A DNA stretch of 64,000 nucleotides, from the NCBI GenBank assembly GCA_963665125.2, contig CAXXUK010000002.1, positions 96,001 through 160,000 of the forward strand. Reading direction: 5' to 3'. Positions 32,085 to 40,519 of this stretch are shown here, piece by piece; the first letter of the stretch is position 1; the number at the start of each line of letters is the position of its first letter. Source of the stretch: an uncultured Desulfarculus sp. GTDB lineage: Bacteria; Desulfobacterota; Desulfarculia; Desulfarculales; Desulfarculaceae. The notes beneath the pieces were generated by a model that had not been told where the DNA came from, did not search any database, and worked only from the letters and a program-made list of their open reading frames with translations. A program made the translations under genes and the position numbers.

Positions 32085-32415
32085 TGAATCCCCCTTTGCA
32101 TAAGATAAACTTAAGATATGCTAGATAAAATCTAGCGATAATAGGTGATTTTACAATATTTGTTTGCAAATGTGCTAAAAAATTATGGTAGTTTTAAAAT
32201 CTGGTCAGCATTCAGAGATATAATCAATAGTTACAGCACATTGATTACTAGGATGCCCATAGGTATTAATATGTTACCACTGTTCCCATGTTCCCAAGCC
32301 TAGATACAATCATGATAGACAAATACATAATTTGGGAGAGATTATATCGAAAAGCAAGGGCATTATAAAATGGTTTGATGTTGGACAACCGTGTATTTTA
32401 TGGCGGAATAAGTAG

Positions 32416-32991
32416 TCACGATACTATTTTAAATCTAATAAAATGTTCATCAATAACCTGCAAAAAATCATCTTTAATACTATTCTTCAGCGGTTTTTGT
32501 TTTTTGAACTTAACAATAGTTTCCTCGTCAGCTATTGACTCTATTTCAACATCATCAGGCTTTAAAGTTGTTTGGTCATCAACGGAAGGTTTGTCCCACT
32601 CAACGAGATTATCACAAACAAACAGCAAGTAAGATAATGGAGGAATATTATATGGAGTGAATTTACGATTTCCCCACAAATCAGCTAGTTGAAAACGTAA
32701 AGTATTGTGCAGGTATATGGCTAATGCTGAATCCATTAAATCATAATATAAGTTTGCTCTATGCCAAGAAATGCCTGATAAATGATGATAATTTACTGAT
32801 TCGTATTCCTTATCAATTTGGTCCCTAGCTTGCTTATAGATATGGTACATTTTACTTAATAGTAGGAATGATCCAATTTTGCCATGATCGAAAGATTTTG
32901 GTTTGCCTATTTGAAATGATTCGCTTAAAGTCTCACAAAGATCTCTATATATGTTTCTGCCTTCACATGGTTTAGACATAGTCCTACCCAT
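32416..32991 (-). CDS. C-terminal half of an HD-domain protein
   Basis: DHG, AIYLHN, PLSYLLFVCD..EWDK; 1-nt overlap (TAATG) with the upstream ORF. Confidence 0.6.
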   Translation of the reverse strand: MGRTMSKPCEGRNIYRDLCETLSESFQIGKPKSFDHGKIGSFLLLSKMYHIYKQARDQIDKEYESVNYHHLSGISWHRANLYYDLMDSALAIYLHNTLRFQLADLWGNRKFTPYNIPPLSYLLFVCDNLVEWDKPSVDDQTTLKPDDVEIESIADEETIVKFKKQKPLKNSIKDDFLQVIDEHFIRFKIVS

Positions 32992-33773
32992 TAAAATAGA
33001 AAATCTATGAATAATATTAGTGTCGTTTTATTTATAGCACGGTGAGTCGTTTTGCGGCTGCTTGATTCATAATAGTAGGGATACAGATCACTATTAATAT
33101 CATAGTCACTATTTTTAATACGAGGAAGTATTTTTATATTTTTATGTCTAAAAACAATCTCTCTAATCTGATTCTGCCTATCTTTTAATAACTTATCCAT
33201 ATCAATGGTACAACTAGGCAAAGAGAAAACATTAAAGATTTCAGAACCTACGGGGTAAATGTCTACAATTTTATCATCTGTAGTGTTAGCAATAAGTTCA
33301 TAACCATAACCAGCATCATGAAAAAGACAAGCGTAAAGCCAACGGAAAACAAATACGCCATATCTTCGTTTAATGTCCTCCTCGCTTATGGATTGCTCAT
33401 TTACTATTTTTTCTCCAGGATAAATGCTCAATAATCTAGCAAGGCTTGGGTGATCCTCATATAAACATAAGCCTAACAAGAAAACATTTACCGAATGGAC
33501 TAGGTGCTTTCTGTGGCTATGATCCTGTAGCTTTCCTAAAATTTCTTCTTCCTCGTTTAAATTCGATAGTGCCCTTGCTACCATTAACTGTTTGTTGTTT
33601 TTTGATGTTATTTCCTTGATGAAGTTCAAACATTTATTGTTTGGATCTGACAGATATCCTGTTAGTGAATCAATTTCTTTATATAAATATACATTTGCAA
33701 ATTCGCTTTCTTTCAAAGTGCTGTAAAAATAATCATATCCTCCTTCAAAATGAGTTCCGTGATCATCAGGCAT
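32991..33773 (-). CDS. N-terminal half of an HD-domain phosphohydrolase
   Basis: RKHLVHSVNVFLLG and WLYACLFHDAGY motifs. Confidence 0.7.
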   Translation of the reverse strand: MPDDHGTHFEGGYDYFYSTLKESEFANVYLYKEIDSLTGYLSDPNNKCLNFIKEITSKNNKQLMVARALSNLNEEEEILGKLQDHSHRKHLVHSVNVFLLGLCLYEDHPSLARLLSIYPGEKIVNEQSISEEDIKRRYGVFVFRWLYACLFHDAGYGYELIANTTDDKIVDIYPVGSEIFNVFSLPSCTIDMDKLLKDRQNQIREIVFRHKNIKILPRIKNSDYDINSDLYPYYYESSSRKTTHRAINKTTLILFIDFLF

Positions 33774-34045
33774 TAGTACGAACCTTGGCTTAGTGGTAGT
33801 TAAAATATCTATTGATAAATTTCATATGCTGTTGATTTTAGTCATACATATTATATCTCTGCGTAATAGAATAAAATAGGCTAATCGGGAATATTTTTAT
33901 CGCATATCTGAGAGCATATTAGCTTATATCGAATAGCGATATACCCCCGTAGGGGTTACTCACCTCTACGAAGCTAACACCAGATGAGCGTCATATTAAG
34001 GTATACTCTGGCAAGAATCAATTGGATAGCCAGATTCTTTATTAC

Positions 34046-35266
34046 CTATTTAGCAACAGCAACCTGTCCATTGCCTTCACTGGCATTCAACCGATCAAGG
34101 ATATCAACAGTACCCTTCAATGTATTGTCGGCAAGGTGAGCATAGCGTTCCGTCATGGTGATGGTGCAGTGGCCCATGAGTTCCTTGACCGTGTAAAGGC
34201 TGACCCCATTCTCAACGAGTCTGCTGGCGTAGGTGTGCCGCAGAGTGTGGAAAACAACCTTCTGCCTGGGATCATCAATACCATCATTCAGACCCAACGA
34301 CTTGACCGAAGCCAAGAACCGCTTGGATATGGCCTTGATCTTGGCACTTTGGGTACCTGGGAACACGGGAACGTTAGGCTCTTGCCATTCCATTGAAAAC
34401 AGCATGTCCGCCGTCCTGGTGGTCAAATAGGCTGTCCTGTTCCTGTTGTTCTTGGTGTCTCTCAAAGTGAGTGTCTTCCTGTTTAGGTCGATATCACCCC
34501 AGGTCAGATTGAATATCTCGCCACGCCTCAGCCCACAATCCAGACTCAATAGGGCCATCTGATAAACACGCTGTTCTCTGGCTTCAAGCTCTTGCAAAAG
34601 GTTCTTGGCTTCATCCGTACTCAGGAATCTGATCCGTCTGTTGTCCTGCTTTGGGAACTGCACTTGAGCGGTGGGGTTGTCTCCATCAAACATGCTGTTC
34701 TTGATGCAGTGGTTGAAGACCTGCCTGACCACGGCAAACGCATATCGAACCGAAGCTGCCGATCTGTCTTCCTTGAACATGGTGCGCTTGATTTTCTCAA
34801 GGTGTAGGGGCCTAACGTCAACCAGAGGAAGCTTGCCTATCACTGGCTTGATCCATAGACGGTATAGAGCGTCTTCCCGCTTGAACGACCTCGCAGACTT
34901 GTTGGCCTTGGCTTGATGCTTGTAGACCTCCCAGGCTTCACCAAAGGTCATCCTGATCCGCTGCTGACGTTCTTCCTCTACTCTGGCTTCCGCTTCCTTC
35001 TGCTGCTGGATTTGCTTCTTCTTGGCGAGCGTCCTGGGGCCTTCACCCGTAGCCCTGGCAGTTGTCAGCTTGGCCCGCTCCTGGTTTGCCTTGTCCGCCG
35101 TCCACCCCTCAGACAACCAGCCTAAGCCTTCTTCCTTGAGCTTGCCGTCCAGCCTGTACCTGACGGAGAAGTAACGATCCGGCTTGCCATTGCACTTGGG
35201 CCGCTTGTCACTCTCATAGAATCTGACACCTGGGAACTTGGTTGGATGCTTCTTCAACTTGGCCAT
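34046..35266 (-). CDS. tyrosine recombinase/integrase of island 1
   Basis: GLRRGE, DTKN, HTLRH, MGH, ERYAH catalytic set; N-terminal arm-binding-like region. Confidence 0.96.
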   Translation of the reverse strand: MAKLKKHPTKFPGVRFYESDKRPKCNGKPDRYFSVRYRLDGKLKEEGLGWLSEGWTADKANQERAKLTTARATGEGPRTLAKKKQIQQQKEAEARVEEERQQRIRMTFGEAWEVYKHQAKANKSARSFKREDALYRLWIKPVIGKLPLVDVRPLHLEKIKRTMFKEDRSAASVRYAFAVVRQVFNHCIKNSMFDGDNPTAQVQFPKQDNRRIRFLSTDEAKNLLQELEAREQRVYQMALLSLDCGLRRGEIFNLTWGDIDLNRKTLTLRDTKNNRNRTAYLTTRTADMLFSMEWQEPNVPVFPGTQSAKIKAISKRFLASVKSLGLNDGIDDPRQKVVFHTLRHTYASRLVENGVSLYTVKELMGHCTITMTERYAHLADNTLKGTVDILDRLNASEGNGQVAVAK

Positions 35267-35294
35267 TTTAAGCAACTCCGTGGCTCATAAAACA

Positions 35295-35319
35295 TTCTGT
35301 ACCCCACATGTACCCCACA
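35295..35319 (+). repeat. putative integrase arm-type site, right
   Basis: Identical to 25995-26019; lies between the int start and attR. Confidence 0.75.
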
Positions 35320-35402
35320 TTTAGCCCACAAAACGGGGGTGTGTCAATATCTAATTAAAAACGCTAAAAACATAACATAGCAATATCGCTAGATTTTGCC
35401 GT

Positions 35403-35500
35403 GGAAGTGGAAAGGTCACTGGTGGGCCTCCCGGACTTCAAATCCGGTGTGCCGTCTGAGTAAGGCGGCAGGTGGGTTCGATTCCCATGCACTTCCGCCA
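35403..35500 (+). tRNA. selC: tRNA-Sec (TCA), copy 2 / attR of island 1 and left boundary of island 2
   Basis: Full length with CCA; two differences from copy 1, both in the variable arm. Confidence 0.92.
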
Positions 35501-35518
35501 AAGTGATAACAAGGGGTT

Positions 35519-35546
35519 AGGGCCTTCGCCCTGGCCCTTCTTTTTT
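35519..35546 (+). terminator. Rho-independent terminator after selC copy 2
   Basis: agggcc-ttcgccct-ggccct followed by tctttttt. Confidence 0.6.
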
Positions 35547-35564
35547 GCGCTGTGGGTCGCTGGA

Positions 35565-36632
35565 TCATAAAGTGTGCCCGTTTTTGTGCCCGTTGTGTGC
35601 CGGATCGGCCTCGCCGCTACGGCGGTGGTAGCTGTCGATCTTGGCGGCGGCTTCCAAGAGGTCCTGGGGGCTCACGATGTTGTAGCGCTCAAACACCGCC
35701 CTGGTCTTGTGCCCCGATATGCTCATGGCCACCCGCTCAGGCACCCCGGCCCTCACCATGTTGCGGACCGCGGTCCGGCGCAGGTCGTGGAACAGCTTGC
35801 CCGCCAGGCCGGTCTTGCGGCAGGCCGTCCGCCACGCCTTTTGTAGAGACTTGATCTGGTTGCCCTGGCGGTGGAACACAAAGTGGCAGCCGAGTTGACG
35901 CCGCCGGAACTGGTCTTTCAGCAGGGAGAGGATTTCGCCGTCGGTGTAGATGGTGCGGGCCTCCTGATTTTTGCTGTTCTCAGCTTCCAGGCGCACGGTG
36001 CCATGCTCCAAATCCACCCGCTCCCAGGTCAGGTCGGTGATTTCCCGCCGTCGCCAGCCGGTCAGGTAGGCGAAGGTCACCAGGTTCTTGAGATAGTCCG
36101 GCAGGACGTCCCGCAGGGCCACAAACTCGTCATGCTCGAAAAATCCCTTGCGGGTGTTGTTCTCGGCCAGCATGGGGATGTAGGGAATAAAGCTTACCCT
36201 GGGCGGGGTGGCCCGCATGGCCAGGGTGAACATGCGCTTCAGCGCGGACAACTCCCGGTTGACGGTGGCGTTGGCGGCTCCCTCCTTCAGCCGATGGACG
36301 ATGTAGTCATTTATGGCCGGGGTTGTGATGCTTGCCACCCGCATGCCGCTGAAGAACGGTGCCAGGTGGCCGTTTACGGTCAACTGGGCCCGGTCCAGGC
36401 TCCTGCGCCGGTTGATCACGTAGTCAGTGAGGAACGCCTCGGCCAGTTCATCAAACCGCACCCGGTCGAAATACAGGCCGGGCCGCTTGCCTTCGGCAAT
36501 TTCCCCCTCCCGCTTATGGAGCAGCCTGCGGGCGTCGGCCTCCCGGTTGCTCTTGGATGACTCCCTGTACGGCTTGCCGTCGCGGTAGTATTTGATCCAG
36601 TATATGTTGCCTCTTTGGTAGATGGAGCCCAT
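35565..36632 (-). CDS. tyrosine recombinase/integrase of island 2
   Basis: GWRRRE, NSKN, HDLRR, SGH, ERYNI. Confidence 0.96.
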   Translation of the reverse strand: MGSIYQRGNIYWIKYYRDGKPYRESSKSNREADARRLLHKREGEIAEGKRPGLYFDRVRFDELAEAFLTDYVINRRRSLDRAQLTVNGHLAPFFSGMRVASITTPAINDYIVHRLKEGAANATVNRELSALKRMFTLAMRATPPRVSFIPYIPMLAENNTRKGFFEHDEFVALRDVLPDYLKNLVTFAYLTGWRRREITDLTWERVDLEHGTVRLEAENSKNQEARTIYTDGEILSLLKDQFRRRQLGCHFVFHRQGNQIKSLQKAWRTACRKTGLAGKLFHDLRRTAVRNMVRAGVPERVAMSISGHKTRAVFERYNIVSPQDLLEAAAKIDSYHRRSGEADPAHNGHKNGHTL

Positions 36633-36673
36633 GACGTCACCTCAACGCGTTTATCCGTCCACGCATTTCTCCG

Positions 36674-36901
36674 TTAGTAGTCGAAATTGATCTTGTTGTT
36701 CTGGATCAACTTTTCCAGGTCGCGTACATCCAGCAGTTGCCTGCGACAACCGGGAAAACGTACAAACGGGACATCACCAGCCCATATACGCTCACGCATA
36801 GTCCAGATGGATATGCCAAGATAGGCGGCTGCCTGTTTCACGCCGATCAGTCGTCCCCCGGCTCCACCATCAAGGGATGATTTACTGATTGTCTTTGCCA
36901 T
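36674..36901 (-). CDS. excisionase-like HTH DNA-binding protein
   Basis: LIGVKQAAAYLGISIWTMRERIWAGDVP; directly upstream of int. Confidence 0.85.
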   Translation of the reverse strand: MAKTISKSSLDGGAGGRLIGVKQAAAYLGISIWTMRERIWAGDVPFVRFPGCRRQLLDVRDLEKLIQNNKINFDY

Positions 36902-37090
36902 GATTCTCCTTTTCTCGAGGGCCGCAGGGAAACCGCCGCCCGACCGCGTCGGCCACCCGCATGCCGTCTGGAGAGCGCTCAGGAACGGCGATCATACTCA
37001 GCGCGGGCAACCGGGGGCCGGGAAGTATGCGCTCTTCTGAGAGGCCCTGAGAGCCTTGGAGCGAAAACCGGTCAGGTATGGGAATGCCCA

Positions 37091-37342
37091 TCATTCTCCC
37101 CGCTCCCTAATGCCGACGGCCTCGAATCCGCTCTCTATGATCTTCCCGCCGTAGGGTTTGCCCACCAGCACTCCGATGCCGATGCAGGTCAGGGCCACCA
37201 GGGCGGGTCCAGGGTTCTTGCCATCAAACAAGTCCAGGGCCCGCCTGACGTCCGCGTAACTGGCCTCAAATTCATACTGTTGCTCGCGGCATATGGCCTC
37301 GAACTGCTTCAGCAGCTCCTTGGCGTTGGGTTCTTGTGGCAT
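37091..37342 (-). CDS. hypothetical protein
   Basis: AAGGAG RBS before MPQEPNAKELL. Confidence 0.55.
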   Translation of the reverse strand: MPQEPNAKELLKQFEAICREQQYEFEASYADVRRALDLFDGKNPGPALVALTCIGIGVLVGKPYGGKIIESGFEAVGIRERGE

Positions 37343-37370
37343 TGGCTGCTCCTTGTCCTGGCGTAGGCCG

Positions 37371-37700
37371 CTACATGTTGCCGCAGGCTTTGCCGGATCG
37401 AAGCCACGCCCTACGCATGGCCTCGACCTCATCCGGCAGCGGGATACGCGGCGCATGAACGACCATGGGCGGGACTGTGGCCATGGCCTTCTCAAACATG
37501 CGCTTCAGGGTCAACAGTTCCTCATTAACATGGTCAGCACCAGCCCCTTGGCGGAAGCGGTGGAGGACATATCCGCGTATAACTTCGCATGAGATATCCA
37601 GCGGTTGCATGCCGTTGAAGTATGGCTCCAAGTGCTCGGCTGCAACCTGATCCGCGAGGAACACTTCAGCCAACCCCTCAAAGCTGATCTGATCAAACAC
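37371..37700 (-). CDS. stand-alone integrase core-binding (SAM-like) domain
   Basis: Aligns with the middle of the 35565-36632 integrase (FDQISFEGLAEVFLAD / FDRVRFDELAEAFLTD; VNEELLTLKRMF / VNRELSALKRMF). Confidence 0.7.
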   Translation of the reverse strand: MFDQISFEGLAEVFLADQVAAEHLEPYFNGMQPLDISCEVIRGYVLHRFRQGAGADHVNEELLTLKRMFEKAMATVPPMVVHAPRIPLPDEVEAMRRAWLRSGKACGNM

Positions 37701-37918
37701 GGCTTCGCTACCTGCGTTTTTCGTGGTTATGGTTGGTGCCCATTTCCCAGTCCAACTTTAATATTTCATATTGGTTACTATGGATAACATATCGAAATCA
37801 CTTTATATTTTATTATAAAATATAACTTGCTATCATAAAAGCTAATAATTTTCATTAGTTGGGAATGGTGGCCCGCGCCTCCCTTGATGATGTGGGAGGC
37901 GCGGGCCTGGTCTATGAG

Positions 37919-38170
37919 CTATCGGAGTTCGGTGTTGCTCGTCTCGTTGGTGCACCTTAGGTGTCGCGCTAGGGTATCCACGGCGTCTTGTAGACCTTGG
38001 AAATACTCCGCATCGAACCGAACTCCCTTTGCCGTGGGGAAGCAGTCGTCTCTTGCCACGGTCCATTGCCGGATGTCGATGTAGGTGTGTCCATATTCCT
38101 CAATCAGCCTCACCTTGATGTCGCTGGTGCGATTCTTGGTGAAGGTGGCGATGTCGATATCCTGGGCCAT
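37919..38170 (-). CDS. PC4/YdbC-like single-stranded DNA-binding protein
   Basis: IKVRL.E.YGHTYIDIRQW....FPTAKGV; GGAGGT RBS. Confidence 0.8.
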   Translation of the reverse strand: MAQDIDIATFTKNRTSDIKVRLIEEYGHTYIDIRQWTVARDDCFPTAKGVRFDAEYFQGLQDAVDTLARHLRCTNETSNTELR

Positions 38171-38187
38171 AACGAATACCTCCTATA

Positions 38188-38418
38188 TCAGTCGGTTATC
38201 ATCTTGTTGTTCTGGATCAACTTCTCAAGGTCACGCACGTCAAGCATCTGCTTGCGGCAGCCTGGGAAGCGTATGAAAGGCACATCACCGGCCCATATGC
38301 GTCCTCTCATGGTCCATATGGATATGCCCAGATAATCGGCCGCTTCCTGCACGCCGAGCAGCCGCCCGCGTTCTGTCACTTGGGGAGCCTTGCTCCTGGC
38401 TTTGGTGTGTGAAGTCAT
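38188..38418 (-). CDS. second excisionase-like HTH protein
   Basis: Near-identical core to 36674-36901. Confidence 0.85.
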   Translation of the reverse strand: MTSHTKARSKAPQVTERGRLLGVQEAADYLGISIWTMRGRIWAGDVPFIRFPGCRKQMLDVRDLEKLIQNNKMITD

Positions 38419-38486
38419 GATCTTTCTCCTCGGAAACCCGCCGCGAGCCCTTAAAGGGCAAAAAGAAGGCTTGGCGACGGCTTTTG

Positions 38487-40156
38487 TTAGTAATTCCAGT
38501 ATCTTTGCACCGTCCTCAGGCTGAAGCCCAGCTCCTTGGCCGCCTCGTGTTGCTTCAGGCCGCGCTGACGGGCCTTCCTCACCGCCTGTGCGGTCTTGGC
38601 CTTGCCGCGCTCACGCTTGGTGGCAAGACCGTAGAAATCCCTGGCCTCGGCCAGCCCCAAGAACTCATGGTCATAGGGCAAGGCCGGGTGAGCGTCGCAC
38701 TGGAAGGTGACGACCTCGCGGGGCTTGGTGAAGGGACGCACCCTGCCCACGGCCTGTATCACCGTGTCCAACTCCTGCTGGCGCAAGGCCAGGGGAGCGA
38801 GTTGGTGAACATTTGTGAAGCGGTGCTTGAGGTCCACAACCCCGGCCCAGCGGCGAAGCGGCTTGCCCATGGTCTTGATGCGGATGGGGACCGCGATATC
38901 TGAGGCGAGCACGTCTTGCAGGATCGAGTTCACCACCTCTTCATAGACGTAGTAGCCGGTCAGGCAGAAGGCGCAGTCGAACTCCTCGAAGCTGTTGACA
39001 CCGATGATGCCGTAATGGATCAGCGGCACCACATCAGGGTCTTGGAGAACAACATCATTAATGTCCCCGTAGAGCACCCGGCACCGGCTATGACCCATGG
39101 CCCGTAAACGACGCTGCATCGCGGCGGCGCAGAACTCAGCGAATCGCTTTTTAGCGATCAGCAGGCACCGCCTGCCTTCGCTCATGCGGCTGGCTACCAG
39201 ACAAGCGAACAAATCCAAGATTTGCTCTGAGTTCTTTAGGAAGTACATCCCCATGCCGATCCGGCTGTTGATGTTGACCCAGGTCGTGCCCTTGTGGCGG
39301 AAAACATATCCGTCGAAGGGAGAGACCAGATCAACGCCCAGGCGGTACTTGGCAAACTCCGGGTGGGTGGTGGCGCTGAAGATGATGGTGTCCATGCCTA
39401 GCTTGACCGGGGAGGCCGCAAAGACGATATCGCCGCTCTTGGCTCGTTCCCTGGAGGCCGGGTCAGACTTGCCGAACTGCTCCAGCATGGGGGCCAGGAA
39501 GTAGAACTGGTCGCCATATAACCGGTATCCTATTTGCTGGACCTTCAGGGCCAGGCCGGGCTCCATGGGAGGGAAATCCCAGCCCGGCTCCCGAAGGTCA
39601 GCGGTCGGGGCCTGGAGAAGCAAGTTCACCAGGTACCGGTGGCGACGTAATATGTCGCTACGCTTGGCCATCTACCCCATCCAGAACCCGCTGGTAGCGG
39701 ACCAAGTCATCCTTTTTGACGACCGCCTTGCGGCTCTTGGCGATGAAGCTAGCCTCATCCAGAAGCACCAAGGGCTTCTGGGCACCGGTCCATCCCAGGA
39801 GTCGGATGCAGAACATGGGGTCGCGCTCAAGATGGGCCTGTGTGCCGTAGATAACCCTCGCGTCCTCCATGGCCTTCTTGCCGTATTGATCATGCCAGAA
39901 GCAGGTGGACCGGTTTTGGCAGACTTGGTTGCATATCATCGTCTTGCCATAGAGGGCCATTCCTCGCTGCTCGAAGCCGCTAAACTTGGCATCTAGGCTT
40001 TGGCCGCAAAGGTGAGCGGGCCGGGGCTTCAGGTTGATCACCTTGATTCCAGGTGGCGGATTGATGATCCACCGCCGTTCCTCCAACACCTTTCTGGTGG
40101 GGACCATGACGAAAACTACGTCGTGGCTGTCCTCAAAAACGGCCTGTTCTATCAAG
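38487..40156 (-). pseudogene. helicase-like replication protein with C-terminal HTH, split near 39665 and 5'-truncated by IS3
   Basis: VLLDEA in ORF 39658-40156; FSAT, QAVGRVRP and AAKELGFSLRTVQRY in ORF 38487-39671. Confidence 0.6.
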
Positions 40157-40219
40157 TGATCCAGCCCAGTTTTGACGGACACGCGTTTAAGCGAGTAAAT
40201 TGCTTAACGGAGGTGTTCT

Positions 40220-40519
40220 ATGCCATCACAGAAGAGCCAGAAAAAATCCACCAGGCGGCGCTATTCGCCGGAATTCAAGATTGAGGCGCTGGGCTTGGCC
40301 GAGCAAGTGGGCGTGACTGGTGCTGCCAAGCAGCTTGGCCTGCATGAGTCCCAGGTTTACGCTTGGCGCAAGAAAGCCCGATATGAGGCAAGCCGCAGTG
40401 AGACCGAGAAGGAACTGGCGGTGGAAAACGCCCGGCTGAAGCGGCAGCTTGCCAAGCAGGCCGAGGAGATTGAAATCTTAAAAAAGGCAAGCGCGTACTT
40501 CGCGAAAAGCCTGAAGTGA
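40220..40519 (+). CDS. IS3 transposase OrfA
   Basis: YSPEFK..A, HTH, ENARLKRQL...EILKKA. Confidence 0.93.
   Translation: MPSQKSQKKSTRRRYSPEFKIEALGLAEQVGVTGAAKQLGLHESQVYAWRKKARYEASRSETEKELAVENARLKRQLAKQAEEIEILKKASAYFAKSLK

Larger units (their letters stand above)
25806..35500. mobile_element. island 1: integrative element at tRNA-Sec bounded by 113-bp direct repeats
   Basis: Repeats 25806-25918 and 35388-35500, tyrosine integrase, DUF927 gene, abrupt drop in GC. Confidence 0.92.
35501..40156. mobile_element. island 2: truncated integrative element/prophage-like remnant
   Basis: Integrase adjacent to the tRNA, excisionases, PC4-like and rep-like genes; right end lost at the IS3. Confidence 0.82.

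Noticed and set aside
33901..33990. Retron msr-msd interpretation of the structured spacer
   Set aside because: No reverse transcriptase in the window
36882..37094. 70-aa ORF between the hypothetical gene and xis
   Set aside because: No motif and it overlaps xis; cannot be supported
40157..40182. Start MSVKTGLDH of ORF 39658-40182
   Set aside because: These codons come from the IS3 inverted repeat
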